Below are positions 47,988 to 57,272 of a DNA stretch of 64,000 nt, in pieces. A model generated the notes under the pieces. It did no database searches and was not told the origin of the DNA. It saw nothing but the letters and a program-made list of their open reading frames with translations. Source of the DNA: Candidatus Cloacimonadales bacterium (GTDB lineage Bacteria; Cloacimonadota; Cloacimonadia; Cloacimonadales; DAONDQ01). The first letter of the stretch is position 1, and each line of letters begins with the position of its first letter. The stretch is taken from positions 1,536,001 through 1,600,000 of the forward strand of contig OY759316.1 in the NCBI GenBank assembly GCA_963662275.1, given 5' to 3'. The position numbers were made by a program, and so were the translations under genes.

Positions 47988-48639
47988 TCACCCCTCCTTT
48001 TAAGGGTTGTTAGTTGTCTTTTATGCATTTCAATATTTTTGAATGTTATAAGACATGCATATAATATAATCAAAATACGCTCCTATATGAGGTATTTCCC
48101 GCCTATAGCCTTATTTTAACCCTAGAAAACAATAGCCGTCCTATGTTGACGGCATTTAATTTTCGTAATCTTCTAAATACTATTAAGCTGAGGGCACTCT
48201 AATTAATGAGTAAATACTGTCAAGTCATTTATTTGCAATAAGTAAAGTATATACTTTTGCGGTCACTTGTGCCAAGGTAGCCTTGGCAGTAGGGGGTTAA
48301 AAAGTAAATAAAATTAAACATCAAGAGGCATAATATGTCATCTCTCCGAGATTCTAATGGTTTTGGGGATTCTTTCCTGTAGTTCCATTTCATTCCACTA
48401 CAGGTTATGATGTTTAATCCTTACAGGATTCGTAGCACGGACAGTCTTGTCTGTTTTGTGAGAGTGTCGTCTCAACGTCGAAACATCTACAGAAGTAAAT
48501 AGCCAATAGAGAATAGGGAATAGCTCAGAGAAGAAAGAGCAGATGGAGCCCTGAAAAAACAATTAAAAATTAAAAGTGAAAAATTAAGAATTGCCAGAGA
48601 AGAGGGATAGACACATGGGTCTATCCCTACATTTCAATT

Positions 48640-49098
48640 TCACATTTCATGTGTTAGCATATTCGCTTCTTCAATCACTGTGAGTAGCCCAGCATTCATA
48701 GCTTCAACAACAGACTTTACAGGATACTGATTTGAAATTATATCCTGTCTTGTTAAAGTAGCCAGATCCATTTCCGGGTGTTGTTTCTTCAACGACCAAA
48801 GCATTCTGGAAAACAGACCATAAGCCCTGATTGCAATTTTATCTTTTGTGGGATGTGTGCTTTGCAAAGCTAGGGCATAATTAGCCAGATCATGTTTATA
48901 ATCTGCTGAAACAGATTCAAACAGGAAATGCAGATTTTTTGTGATTTTACCGAATTTATGATTATCTTCTGTGATTTCACGATCCGGCAGATTTTTAACG
49001 ATTTGTAGTTCTCCGTTATTATACAGTGTATAGACAAGTTTCTCTTTACGATTTATACCGTGGAAACTTCTGACGGTATTTTTGAATTTAGTTTTCAT
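48640..49098 (-). CDS. hypothetical protein, 152 aa (paralogue of 34939-35397)
   Basis: GGAG RBS before MKTKF; the upstream extension in the ORF track is repeat DNA. Confidence 0.85.
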   Translation of the reverse strand: MKTKFKNTVRSFHGINRKEKLVYTLYNNGELQIVKNLPDREITEDNHKFGKITKNLHFLFESVSADYKHDLANYALALQSTHPTKDKIAIRAYGLFSRMLWSLKKQHPEMDLATLTRQDIISNQYPVKSVVEAMNAGLLTVIEEANMLTHEM

Positions 49099-49332
49099 GA
49101 GATAACTCCATTTTACATTTAGGGTACAGCGTACAGGGTACAGTTCAGAGAAGAGAAGAGAATCAAACTCATCCGTCACTTCGTGCCACCTTCCCTTTAT
49201 CTCAAGGGAAGAATAAAAAACTGAAAAGAGCAGACAGCAAGATCGGCGTCTTGCTTTACGACATCTGCAATTTTTCATTTTTAACTCTTAATTTTTAATT
49301 ACCACATATCTACCACAGTAAATATGAGCTAG

Positions 49333-49377
49333 ACATCACCTAAGAATCACCTAAGAACCACCTAAGAACGACCTAGA
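49333..49377. repeat. 11-bp tandem repeat, 4 copies
   Basis: acatcacctaa gaatcacctaa gaaccacctaa gaacgacctag. Confidence 0.75.
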
Positions 49378-49882
49378 CTTTTTTAGGTTTTGTCTTTTTT
49401 TTGATTTCTTTTTGGTTCGTTTCTGTTTTTCTGGTATTCCATGAGGCTTATTTGGAAGTTCGAAGTGCGAAGTGCGAAGTACGAATCAGAAAAGAACGGA
49501 ATTTCTGCCGTGAATCCCTACACTCTTCCATTTTTCTCTGTACTAGCACCTAATACCTAGCACCTAGAACCTTCTTCATACACATATATAGTCGGACAAA
49601 ATGCAGAAATCTGAGACAAATAGGGAATTATTTTCCAAATTGTGAAAATAATGGATAAAGTTAAGAATTGGCGTTGCAGAAGGGAATAGCAAATAGGGAA
49701 TAGCTTAGCGAAGAGAAGAACTAGCTCTCCCGTCTGTCTCCCTCCCTTCAGATGAAGTGAGGGCTGGGTATAGTTTGATTTTGCTCTTCTCTGCTAATTC
49801 AGAAACGTACGGGGTGAGTCGTTCCTCTCTGTTCTGCTAATCTTAAGTCTTAAATCACAAATCTTCTATTCTGCTATTTGGT

Positions 49883-51160
49883 TCATTTTAGCAAGTTCAA
49901 GTTAGGTTGCAGATTAATGGAATATCCCTTTTTATCTTTGATTAGAATACCATCCTCCACCATTCTTCCCAGCCAAATTGTCATCTGTTTTTCCTGCATC
50001 TCGAAAATATCGCTCAGTTCCTTCACATGTATTGGTTCATCGTTACTTTTCATATATTTTAGCATAACTTCCCTGAAATAGTGATACATTTCAATTGCCG
50101 GAATATGAACTTCATTCCTATTTTCTGAAAGAGGATTATCAACATTTTGAACAACACTCGCTGATATTTTATCCTGCTCATAATCTGTATGCTGTGCAAC
50201 TTGCATTTGTTTATTCAGATTCAATTTTTGAAACCAGTCTCTCATAGCTGGAGGTGATAAAGGATTGACCCATTCACTAGCTCCTTCTTTTATGAGAGCA
50301 AGGTTTCCCTCATCCTGGTTTCCCTGTAAATTGACAAATAGCGGAACATAATGAAACTTCTGCAATTGCTCAATAGCCCCTTCCCATGTTCCCCCTGAAC
50401 CTTTATCAGAACGCATAATCAAACCGGCATCTGCAAGTGCATAGATCATCTTATTCCTGTTCATAGCATTACCGACTGAAAAACCTGCAACAGGATCCAC
50501 ACAAGAGACTAATGTAAGTTTTCGATTCTTAATATAATCTCTAAACTCAGAATTCACAGCCCCCCTATCCAAACTGTCTGCCAAGAATCCAATGGCTTTA
50601 CCTCCAGTCTTTAAAGCTTCTGTCATGGCTGTAATATCTACGCCTTTCGCTCCACCGGATATCACAGTAATTGAAGCATTGGCTACGATACGGCTGATTC
50701 TTTTCGTATGATTGGTTGTCTGTATATCTGAATTACGTGAACCTACAATGGCTATTCCCCCCTGGTTCAATAATGCTGCATCTCCACAACCGTACAATAC
50801 TGGTGGAGCTAACTGCTTTAAACGTGTTTTCAATATTCCAGGGTAGGAAACATCATATTTACTGACTACCCATATCGCTCTTGCAGACCATCTCTCAATT
50901 AACTGACTAAGAAGGAAGCCCCTTGATAATAACTTTTTTAGGCGATCTTCATCAATCACATTCCACAATTTCCCAAAGATATCATCAGGAGTATTTATAC
51001 ATAGGTTCTCCGGCTTGAGGTCTAGATCAATCAAACATTCTTCTAATGCATTATATTCCTTCTGTGTGAGTAATTTAATACCCTCATCTTTTTGCCCTGC
51101 AAGTAGAGGAGCTGTTAGCATGAGTACTACTTTCGTGTTTTCTGAAATATAATTAATCAT
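49883..51160 (-). CDS. dprA: DprA/Smf-family protein with C-terminal wHTH
   Basis: 'YP..LK.RL...APPVLYG.G', 'AIVGSRN', 'SGGAKGVD', 'AM.RNK.IYALA', 'GGTW.GA'. Confidence 0.92.
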   Translation of the reverse strand: MINYISENTKVVLMLTAPLLAGQKDEGIKLLTQKEYNALEECLIDLDLKPENLCINTPDDIFGKLWNVIDEDRLKKLLSRGFLLSQLIERWSARAIWVVSKYDVSYPGILKTRLKQLAPPVLYGCGDAALLNQGGIAIVGSRNSDIQTTNHTKRISRIVANASITVISGGAKGVDITAMTEALKTGGKAIGFLADSLDRGAVNSEFRDYIKNRKLTLVSCVDPVAGFSVGNAMNRNKMIYALADAGLIMRSDKGSGGTWEGAIEQLQKFHYVPLFVNLQGNQDEGNLALIKEGASEWVNPLSPPAMRDWFQKLNLNKQMQVAQHTDYEQDKISASVVQNVDNPLSENRNEVHIPAIEMYHYFREVMLKYMKSNDEPIHVKELSDIFEMQEKQMTIWLGRMVEDGILIKDKKGYSINLQPNLNLLK

Positions 51161-53231
51161 TATCCTTTCCTGCCTTTGCTAATACCATTGGAAAGACCTC
51201 TCCTGCACCATGACTTCTAAGTAACCATGAGGCTATTGTGATAGTCCATCTCGAATCAACCATATCGTCAATTAATAATACTGGTTCATCTTTATGTGGC
51301 ATATTACCCACAGATAAAGAACCGTCAAGATTCAATGCTTGTTGAATCCAATTTTTCATTGTTTTCTGTTGTGGTCTATCATCTGCTTTTGTTAATATTA
51401 TATGAAATGGCAATCTCAGTTCTTCAGCAACCCGTCTTGCAAAATCGGGTACTAACCCAGGATGTCTCAGGGAAGGAATGCAGGTCACCCATGCAGGGGC
51501 AGGTTGTGGATTCCACCTTCTTATCATCTCTGCAGCAGCTAATGCCAATTCGTCATCATAATGATTATCTGTATATTTTCCTTTTTTAACCATAATTCCC
51601 CATCCGGCATCGCCCCAATAACACAATGTCCTTCCCTCGTTTGCCCGTAAATCCAAAGGAATATTACCATGTAAACCATATATAGGCATACCTTCACTGG
51701 GCCATTGTTTTCTTGGTTCAAATGTTATGTCAGTTCTTTTTAGAAAAGAAACCGCATCCCGCACTAAATTAGGATTGGTTTGCATGGGAAGCAAAGGGAG
51801 TAAATGTTCAGTATCAGGCACAGGTTTACCATCCAGGGCAGTGATAAGGAAGTTCATATGTCCGCGTGTCAATGCAGCATATTCCTGCATTTGTTGTTGT
51901 TCCTGTCTGCGGAGTGCTGTAAGTCTTTCTGCTCGTGACCAGAATTCATCGCTTAGATCAGTTGGAGTCAATACCCAGCGAGTACCTTCCTTGACAATTG
52001 GAGATGGAGATTCAAGGGATAGAAGGGATATTGCTTTATCTATTCTGTTGTATGGAATGTTAATCCTTCTAGCAAGAGAAGGTAAAGAAAGACCATTTGT
52101 ACTCTTTCTTAAAGCACATATTATTTGATCTACCTCGGTTCTTTCAGGGAAAGCAGTATTGATAAAATAATCCGTGATTTCAAGTTCTTCATCTCCACTG
52201 AGCAGAATCCCATAAGCAGCGGTTATGGCACGTCCGGCTCTTCCAACTTGCTGGTAATAGGCAATCACTGACCCTGGTGTTTGATAATGGATCACAAAGG
52301 CAAGGTCTGGTTTATCAAAGCCCATACCCAATGCTGTGGTTGCAACCAGCACTTTGACTTGATTATTCAGTAATTGTTGCTCCAGGTCAATGCGCACATC
52401 CCCTGACTGTCCTGTATATGCTTCAGCGGTAATGCCCTTTGATTTTAACCAATCAGAGATGATAGCTGTATCACGAATAGTAAGAGTATAGATGATACCA
52501 CTACCCTGCATTTGAGGGATAAATTCAGCAAGCCATGCCAGTCTTTCAGCCTGGTTAGGGAGTCTCATTGTTTGTAAGATTAGATTGTGTCTATTCAAGT
52601 CACCGCGAGAAACATGTATATCCGGACCTAATATGCTTTGAAGGTCATCAATCACACGCTGGTTTGCTGTTGCCGTCGTTGCCATCAATCTGTGACCACG
52701 GGGAAGATTCCTCGTAATTCTTTCAATCAGGCGATAATGAGGTCTGAAGTCATGTCCCCAATCTGATATGCAGTGTGCTTCATCAATAACCAGCATGGCT
52801 ACATTAGGAGCAATTATATTCAGTATGTAATTCCGAAAATGCTCATTGGCAAGTCTTTCAGGAGAAATCAAAATAATGTCAGCTTCATTTCCCAGGATAA
52901 CTCTTTCTACGCTTTCCCAATCATCTGTATTGGATGAATTTACTGTCACCGCTATAACTCCCATTCTCCTGGCAGCTTCTATCTGGTTACGCATAAGAGC
53001 AAGCAATGGAGAAATGAGTAAAGTGACTCCCTGGCTGGCTTCACGTAATAACCTGGTGGCGATGAAATAGACAAAACTCTTGCCCCAACCAGTTTTCTGA
53101 ATCACTAATAGACGACCTTGCCCTTCGACTATAAATCGAATACAGTCTTCCTGACCTTCCCTAAACTGCGCTTCCTGGTTGTTCGTTCCGAGACGCAATA
53201 GCTCTAATGCCCGTTCGTTGTTATATAACAT
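51153..53231 (-). CDS. recQ: RecQ-family helicase with C-terminal phosphoribosyltransferase-like domain
   Basis: 'TGWGKS', 'DEAHCISDWGHDFRP', 'LGMGFDKPD', 'QQVGRAGR'; PRTase motif 'VLLIDDMVDSRWT'. Confidence 0.92.
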   Translation of the reverse strand: MLYNNERALELLRLGTNNQEAQFREGQEDCIRFIVEGQGRLLVIQKTGWGKSFVYFIATRLLREASQGVTLLISPLLALMRNQIEAARRMGVIAVTVNSSNTDDWESVERVILGNEADIILISPERLANEHFRNYILNIIAPNVAMLVIDEAHCISDWGHDFRPHYRLIERITRNLPRGHRLMATTATANQRVIDDLQSILGPDIHVSRGDLNRHNLILQTMRLPNQAERLAWLAEFIPQMQGSGIIYTLTIRDTAIISDWLKSKGITAEAYTGQSGDVRIDLEQQLLNNQVKVLVATTALGMGFDKPDLAFVIHYQTPGSVIAYYQQVGRAGRAITAAYGILLSGDEELEITDYFINTAFPERTEVDQIICALRKSTNGLSLPSLARRINIPYNRIDKAISLLSLESPSPIVKEGTRWVLTPTDLSDEFWSRAERLTALRRQEQQQMQEYAALTRGHMNFLITALDGKPVPDTEHLLPLLPMQTNPNLVRDAVSFLKRTDITFEPRKQWPSEGMPIYGLHGNIPLDLRANEGRTLCYWGDAGWGIMVKKGKYTDNHYDDELALAAAEMIRRWNPQPAPAWVTCIPSLRHPGLVPDFARRVAEELRLPFHIILTKADDRPQQKTMKNWIQQALNLDGSLSVGNMPHKDEPVLLIDDMVDSRWTITIASWLLRSHGAGEVFPMVLAKAGKDND

Positions 53232-53269
53232 AGACCCTCCCGTAATTTATATCAAGACTTCATTGAATC

Positions 53270-53383
53270 TTATACAATCACTACGTGTTTGTATTCAGCA
53301 GCATCCATCATCCCGCGCATCTTATCAGCAGCGTTCCAGAGCTTGTCTTCAAAGCCAAGATTGGCACCGGTTGGTTTTGGCAT
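53270..53383 (-). pseudogene. hsdM: truncated type I R-M HsdM N-terminus (37 aa)
   Basis: Translates [37 protein letters not shown], the conserved HsdM N-terminal signature; AAGGA RBS. Confidence 0.88.
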
Positions 53384-53761
53384 GATAAGTCCTTTTATTT
53401 TCAATGAATGATTAGATTATTTTAATTTTATTTCTTAAGATGCATTATTCTTTGGCAAGGTATTTTTTTAATTATTATCAGCTTCATCTATTGTGTCATC
53501 TTACAGGTCTAAAGTGTATAGCCGGAACGCTTAATTTATTATGCTACGATATTGCCATTTGAAAATGCATAGCCGTTTGAAAACAGCGTTCCGACTGGCT
53601 GTACAATAAGATTGTATCTTGTTTTCCCCGACGGTTTATAACCTCGGGTTTATTCCAGAGATATAGGGTTTCAAACCCGACAACATAACAATTTACAAAA
53701 TTATGTTACGGTGTGGGTGGCAACAACTTCAGTCGTTGGATGAACTGCTTTAGCAGTTCGC

Positions 53762-53872
53762 TGGTTTCAACCTGTGGTACAAAGGCTGCCGGGACGTCAG
53801 CCCCTACCAGATGGTTTCAACCTGTGATACAAAGGCTGCCGGGACGTCAGCCCCTACCAGATGGTTTCAACC
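53762..53872. repeat. 50-bp tandem duplication containing a GTAG REP, inside a palindrome cluster (53520-53910)
   Basis: TGGTTTCAACCTGTG(G/A)TACAAAGGCTGCCGGGACGTCAGCCCCTACCAGA x2 plus a partial third copy. Confidence 0.9.
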
Positions 53873-54196
53873 CATTGAAATGGGTTTGGTTTGATGAATT
53901 AAACCATCGAACGATTAAAGTAGTGTGGAATATCTGTTCAAAATGCCGATACCTGAGTGAAAAATTGGCAAAAGGTTTGTGGTTTCAAAAAGTAGTTAAT
54001 TGTGTGTATTCGGTGCATACCAAAGCCAGATGATGGTCGGGGATTTCATGTATGATTGAGTATTTCCAGCGTTAATGCTTGACATTAATTTCTGTTTGGT
54101 AATAATAATGAGGTTATTTTAGAACTTATCGATGTTTAAGAAGAATCGTGTTTTTCGTATAGTTTGCCAAAAATCGTATCATGAAGGAGGAGTATC

Positions 54197-54982
54197 ATGA
54201 AATCAACGATTATTATTACTATTGTTCTGATTATGACACTATTTACAGGTTGCAAGGATATGGGCAAAAAAGCAGCAGTTGTCTTGAAAAATAATGGAAT
54301 TAATGTCGAGAGCGGGGATAGTGTCTCTATTCTAGGCAACGGAACGATTATCACTACTACTAAAAGGATATCCACTGCCAGTGTTAATGGTATCGAGCTT
54401 AAGTACACCGGTAAAGTGACCATGCAAGTAACTGATACTGCCAATGGGATTAACATCGATGAAAGCTCTGCCGATATTTCTTTTTCCGGTAGTGAAATCA
54501 AGCAGACGGAGCTACAGATATCCTACAATGAATTTAAACCTCAAGACGCGACAATTTATTTGGAAAACTCCACTTTCAAAGCCAGGAGCAAATCCGGCAA
54601 ACCGGTGCTGATATTCCGCATTGAGGGAGTCATTCCCCGCAATTTGAAACTGAATATTAAAACAGATAGCGGAGATATCAATCTGACTGCGATGCAAGAT
54701 AACCCCTTAGTATCTCTTTCTTCCGACAGTGGCGACATCACCATTAAGCAGGCAAAAAAATGGCAGCAAGCTTCAGCAGAAACTGATAGTGGGGATATTT
54801 ACTTCGAAATAAACCAGGTACAGAATATGCAGGTTAAGACAGATTCTGGTGATCTTGATATAAGCAATAGTAATATTTCGAATCTAAATGCAACTACGGA
54901 TAGTGGAGATATTCATCTCAAAAATACCAAAATAGCTAAACGCCATTTCTCTCAAGGCTCGGGTGACTTGTACGAGGAATAG
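54197..54982 (+). CDS. DUF4097/adhesin-like beta-strand repeat lipoprotein
   Basis: Lipobox 'LFTGC'; repeated 'TDSGDI'. Confidence 0.88.
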   Translation: MKSTIIITIVLIMTLFTGCKDMGKKAAVVLKNNGINVESGDSVSILGNGTIITTTKRISTASVNGIELKYTGKVTMQVTDTANGINIDESSADISFSGSEIKQTELQISYNEFKPQDATIYLENSTFKARSKSGKPVLIFRIEGVIPRNLKLNIKTDSGDINLTAMQDNPLVSLSSDSGDITIKQAKKWQQASAETDSGDIYFEINQVQNMQVKTDSGDLDISNSNISNLNATTDSGDIHLKNTKIAKRHFSQGSGDLYEE

Positions 54983-55067
54983 CAATTGAACCTAAACCTG
55001 TTTTTCTATTGAATCGCCAGAAATGGATCAAGTGAAAGTCTGAAGATGATAATCCTTTACTAACAAG

Positions 55068-56888
55068 CTATTTAATATATAGGATTTTACCTGTCTTCGT
55101 CTCTTTCCTTGAAAAGATACTATAGAAATATATACCATTACAACATCTGATACTCTGACTATCCTTTCCGTCCCAAGTGATGCTCGTTGAAGATGTATTC
55201 ATACTTGTGACAAATTCTCTGATCACTTGACCACGTATATTGTAGATCATTACTTTATCTATGCCTGCTATCTTGTCTTTTGTGCTAAAAGTAGCGGTCT
55301 CATGGAAAGGATTTGGATACACAGAGACAGAGATGTTTGGTGCGGTTACATCATTGTTGGAAGTGGAATTGACGATTAGTGTCTGTTCTTCGGCAAATGG
55401 GGAAGAGGCATAGGAATTGTCGATAGCTTGGACACTCCAATAGTAAGTGCCATCTGTTAAATTTGGAATTTTACGGGAAAGAACATATCTTGTATTTCCC
55501 CTTTGCGGGAGTAAGGATTTACCAGTTACTGGGTTAGCCATACCAGGGAGAACTTCATTTCCACCAGGTGTTATTCCGATGCGCAGATTGTAGGTCAAAC
55601 TCACTTGGTTCGTTTCTATATCTGTTGAAGGATTCCATGAGAAGAAAGCAATAGTATCGTTGAAATGAGCGTTCAATCCTGTAGGGATAGAAGGCGTTTC
55701 GTTCACTGTCTCAATATCATTTCTGTAAATACGAGTGATAGGTCCACCAGGGCAAGTGGGATGTTCTCCTGTCAAGGCAATATCCAGATCATGATCTGAA
55801 TCAAAGTCTCCGAATGCAGCCATACCATTGATCACAGGTACCGGAGCATCATATGTATAAATGAATAAACTATCATCATTTCTATAAACTGTAGTGATGG
55901 GTTCCTGGAGACCACCGATGAGTGAATTACCTGTGAAAAGAAGATCCATATCTCCATCTATATCAAAATCACCCCAACTGATTGATGCCGGTGAAACGGG
56001 ATAAAAATCACTGGCAAGGGAGGTAAAATTGCCAAGATTGTTGGCAAATATGGCTGTGATGCTTTCTCCAAGTATGTCTGAATAACCTGCCAGGATAAGA
56101 TCCGGATCGCCATCATGATCATAATCTGCCCAATCAAGAGCAGGAAACCTGATATCCGGCAAAGCGGTTAGAACATCTTCAAATGTACCATTGTTGTCTT
56201 TGTATATATGAGTAACAGATGAGGGAACTTGATCATTCCCACTATTACCTGATACCAGGATATCATCAAAGCCATCGCTGTTGTAATCAAAGACAGCAGC
56301 AGCACTTTCATAGACTCCAGTAAAATCAGTATCAGTCTCAACCAGAACTCCATGATCATTATGATACAAGACAGATATTGGGGAGGGGGTACTTGTCGAA
56401 GATGCATTTCCTGTCATGAACAAATCCTTATAACCATCTTTATCGACATCTATCCAGGAAAGGGAACCGTTGGAAATAGGAATCAGGTTTATGTCGCTCA
56501 ACACAAGCACACCAGCCTGGTTTTCATAGAATAAGGTGGTTGATACAGGAATATCCAAAGTACTTGTGTTTCCAGAGATCACTAAGTCCAGATCATTGTC
56601 GTTATCAAAATCGCACCAGGCTGTGGCGCTTTGATATACACAGGGTATTGCTATGCCAGAATTGTAAAATGTTCCATTGTCATTGTGAAATAAGATTGAT
56701 TGTAGGACTGTGGAGAGTTCATCATTGCGTCCAGTTACCAGTAAATCCAGGTCTCCGTCACTATCGTAATCTGCCCAGGAAACGGTTCCATTGGAAACAG
56801 ATAATAAGCTGGCACTGATATCCATGAAGATATTTGCATTTAGTAAGCATGATATTGAAATAAAAAAAGCAATGAAATACAACTTCAT
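55068..56888 (-). CDS. secreted FG-GAP/VCBS-repeat protein with FN3-like and FlgD-like C-terminal domains
   Basis: Signal peptide; repeated 'W.D.D.DGD.DL..G'; 'YPNPF', 'IYNIRGQ', 'WDG.D', 'GIYFY'. Confidence 0.9.
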   Translation of the reverse strand: MKLYFIAFFISISCLLNANIFMDISASLLSVSNGTVSWADYDSDGDLDLLVTGRNDELSTVLQSILFHNDNGTFYNSGIAIPCVYQSATAWCDFDNDNDLDLVISGNTSTLDIPVSTTLFYENQAGVLVLSDINLIPISNGSLSWIDVDKDGYKDLFMTGNASSTSTPSPISVLYHNDHGVLVETDTDFTGVYESAAAVFDYNSDGFDDILVSGNSGNDQVPSSVTHIYKDNNGTFEDVLTALPDIRFPALDWADYDHDGDPDLILAGYSDILGESITAIFANNLGNFTSLASDFYPVSPASISWGDFDIDGDMDLLFTGNSLIGGLQEPITTVYRNDDSLFIYTYDAPVPVINGMAAFGDFDSDHDLDIALTGEHPTCPGGPITRIYRNDIETVNETPSIPTGLNAHFNDTIAFFSWNPSTDIETNQVSLTYNLRIGITPGGNEVLPGMANPVTGKSLLPQRGNTRYVLSRKIPNLTDGTYYWSVQAIDNSYASSPFAEEQTLIVNSTSNNDVTAPNISVSVYPNPFHETATFSTKDKIAGIDKVMIYNIRGQVIREFVTSMNTSSTSITWDGKDSQSIRCCNGIYFYSIFSRKETKTGKILYIK

Positions 56889-56904
56889 GAAAACTCCTTT
56901 TAAA

Positions 56905-57188
56905 CGTGGAGTAGGATTCCGATCCTACTGAATTTGTGTTTATCTTTAATCTCGTGTTCAGTAGGATCGGAATCCTACTGAATTTGATGTTTATCTTTAA
57001 TCTCGTGTTCAGTAGGATCGGAATCCTACTGAATTTAATGTTTGTCTTTAATCTCGTGTTCAGTAGGATCGGAGTCCAACTGAATTTAATGTTTATCTTT
57101 AATCTCGTGTTCAGTAGGATCGGAGTCCAACTGAATTTAATGTTTATCTTTAATCTCGTGTTCAGTAGGATCGGAATCCTACTCCACG
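56905..57188. repeat. REPIN/BIME-like element with five ~51-bp tandem units
   Basis: Ends CGTGGAGTAGGATTCCGATCCTACT / AGTAGGATCGGAATCCTACTCCACG are inverted; internal units near-identical. Confidence 0.9.
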
Positions 57189-57220
57189 ATTCTGAATCAG
57201 CATCATGCTCTACAAGATAG

Positions 57221-57250
57221 CAAACCGACTCACTAGTGTGAGTCGGTTTG
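57221..57250. terminator. intrinsic terminator after the C25 gene
   Basis: CAAACCGACTCAC-TAGT-GTGAGTCGGTTTG. Confidence 0.8.
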
Positions 57251-57272
57251 TTTTATAAGAGAATATAGATAA

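Noticed and set aside
48000..48200. Known riboswitch (c-di-GMP or ydaO type)
   Set aside because: Hairpins are present but I could not match the consensus motifs; an Rfam scan would be needed.
49099..49278. 60-aa N-terminal extension of the 48640 ORF
   Set aside because: It translates REP and heptamer DNA (CRKARRRSC). The RBS and the paralogue alignment place the start at 49098.
53713..54033. 106-aa ORF
   Set aside because: Runs through a palindrome cluster and tandem duplication; no RBS or motif.
56905..57188. CRISPR array, and the 94-aa repetitive ORF 56936-57220
   Set aside because: The spacers are near-identical rather than unique, no cas genes are nearby, and the palindrome is a dispersed REP. 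The ORF is a by-product of the 51-bp period.
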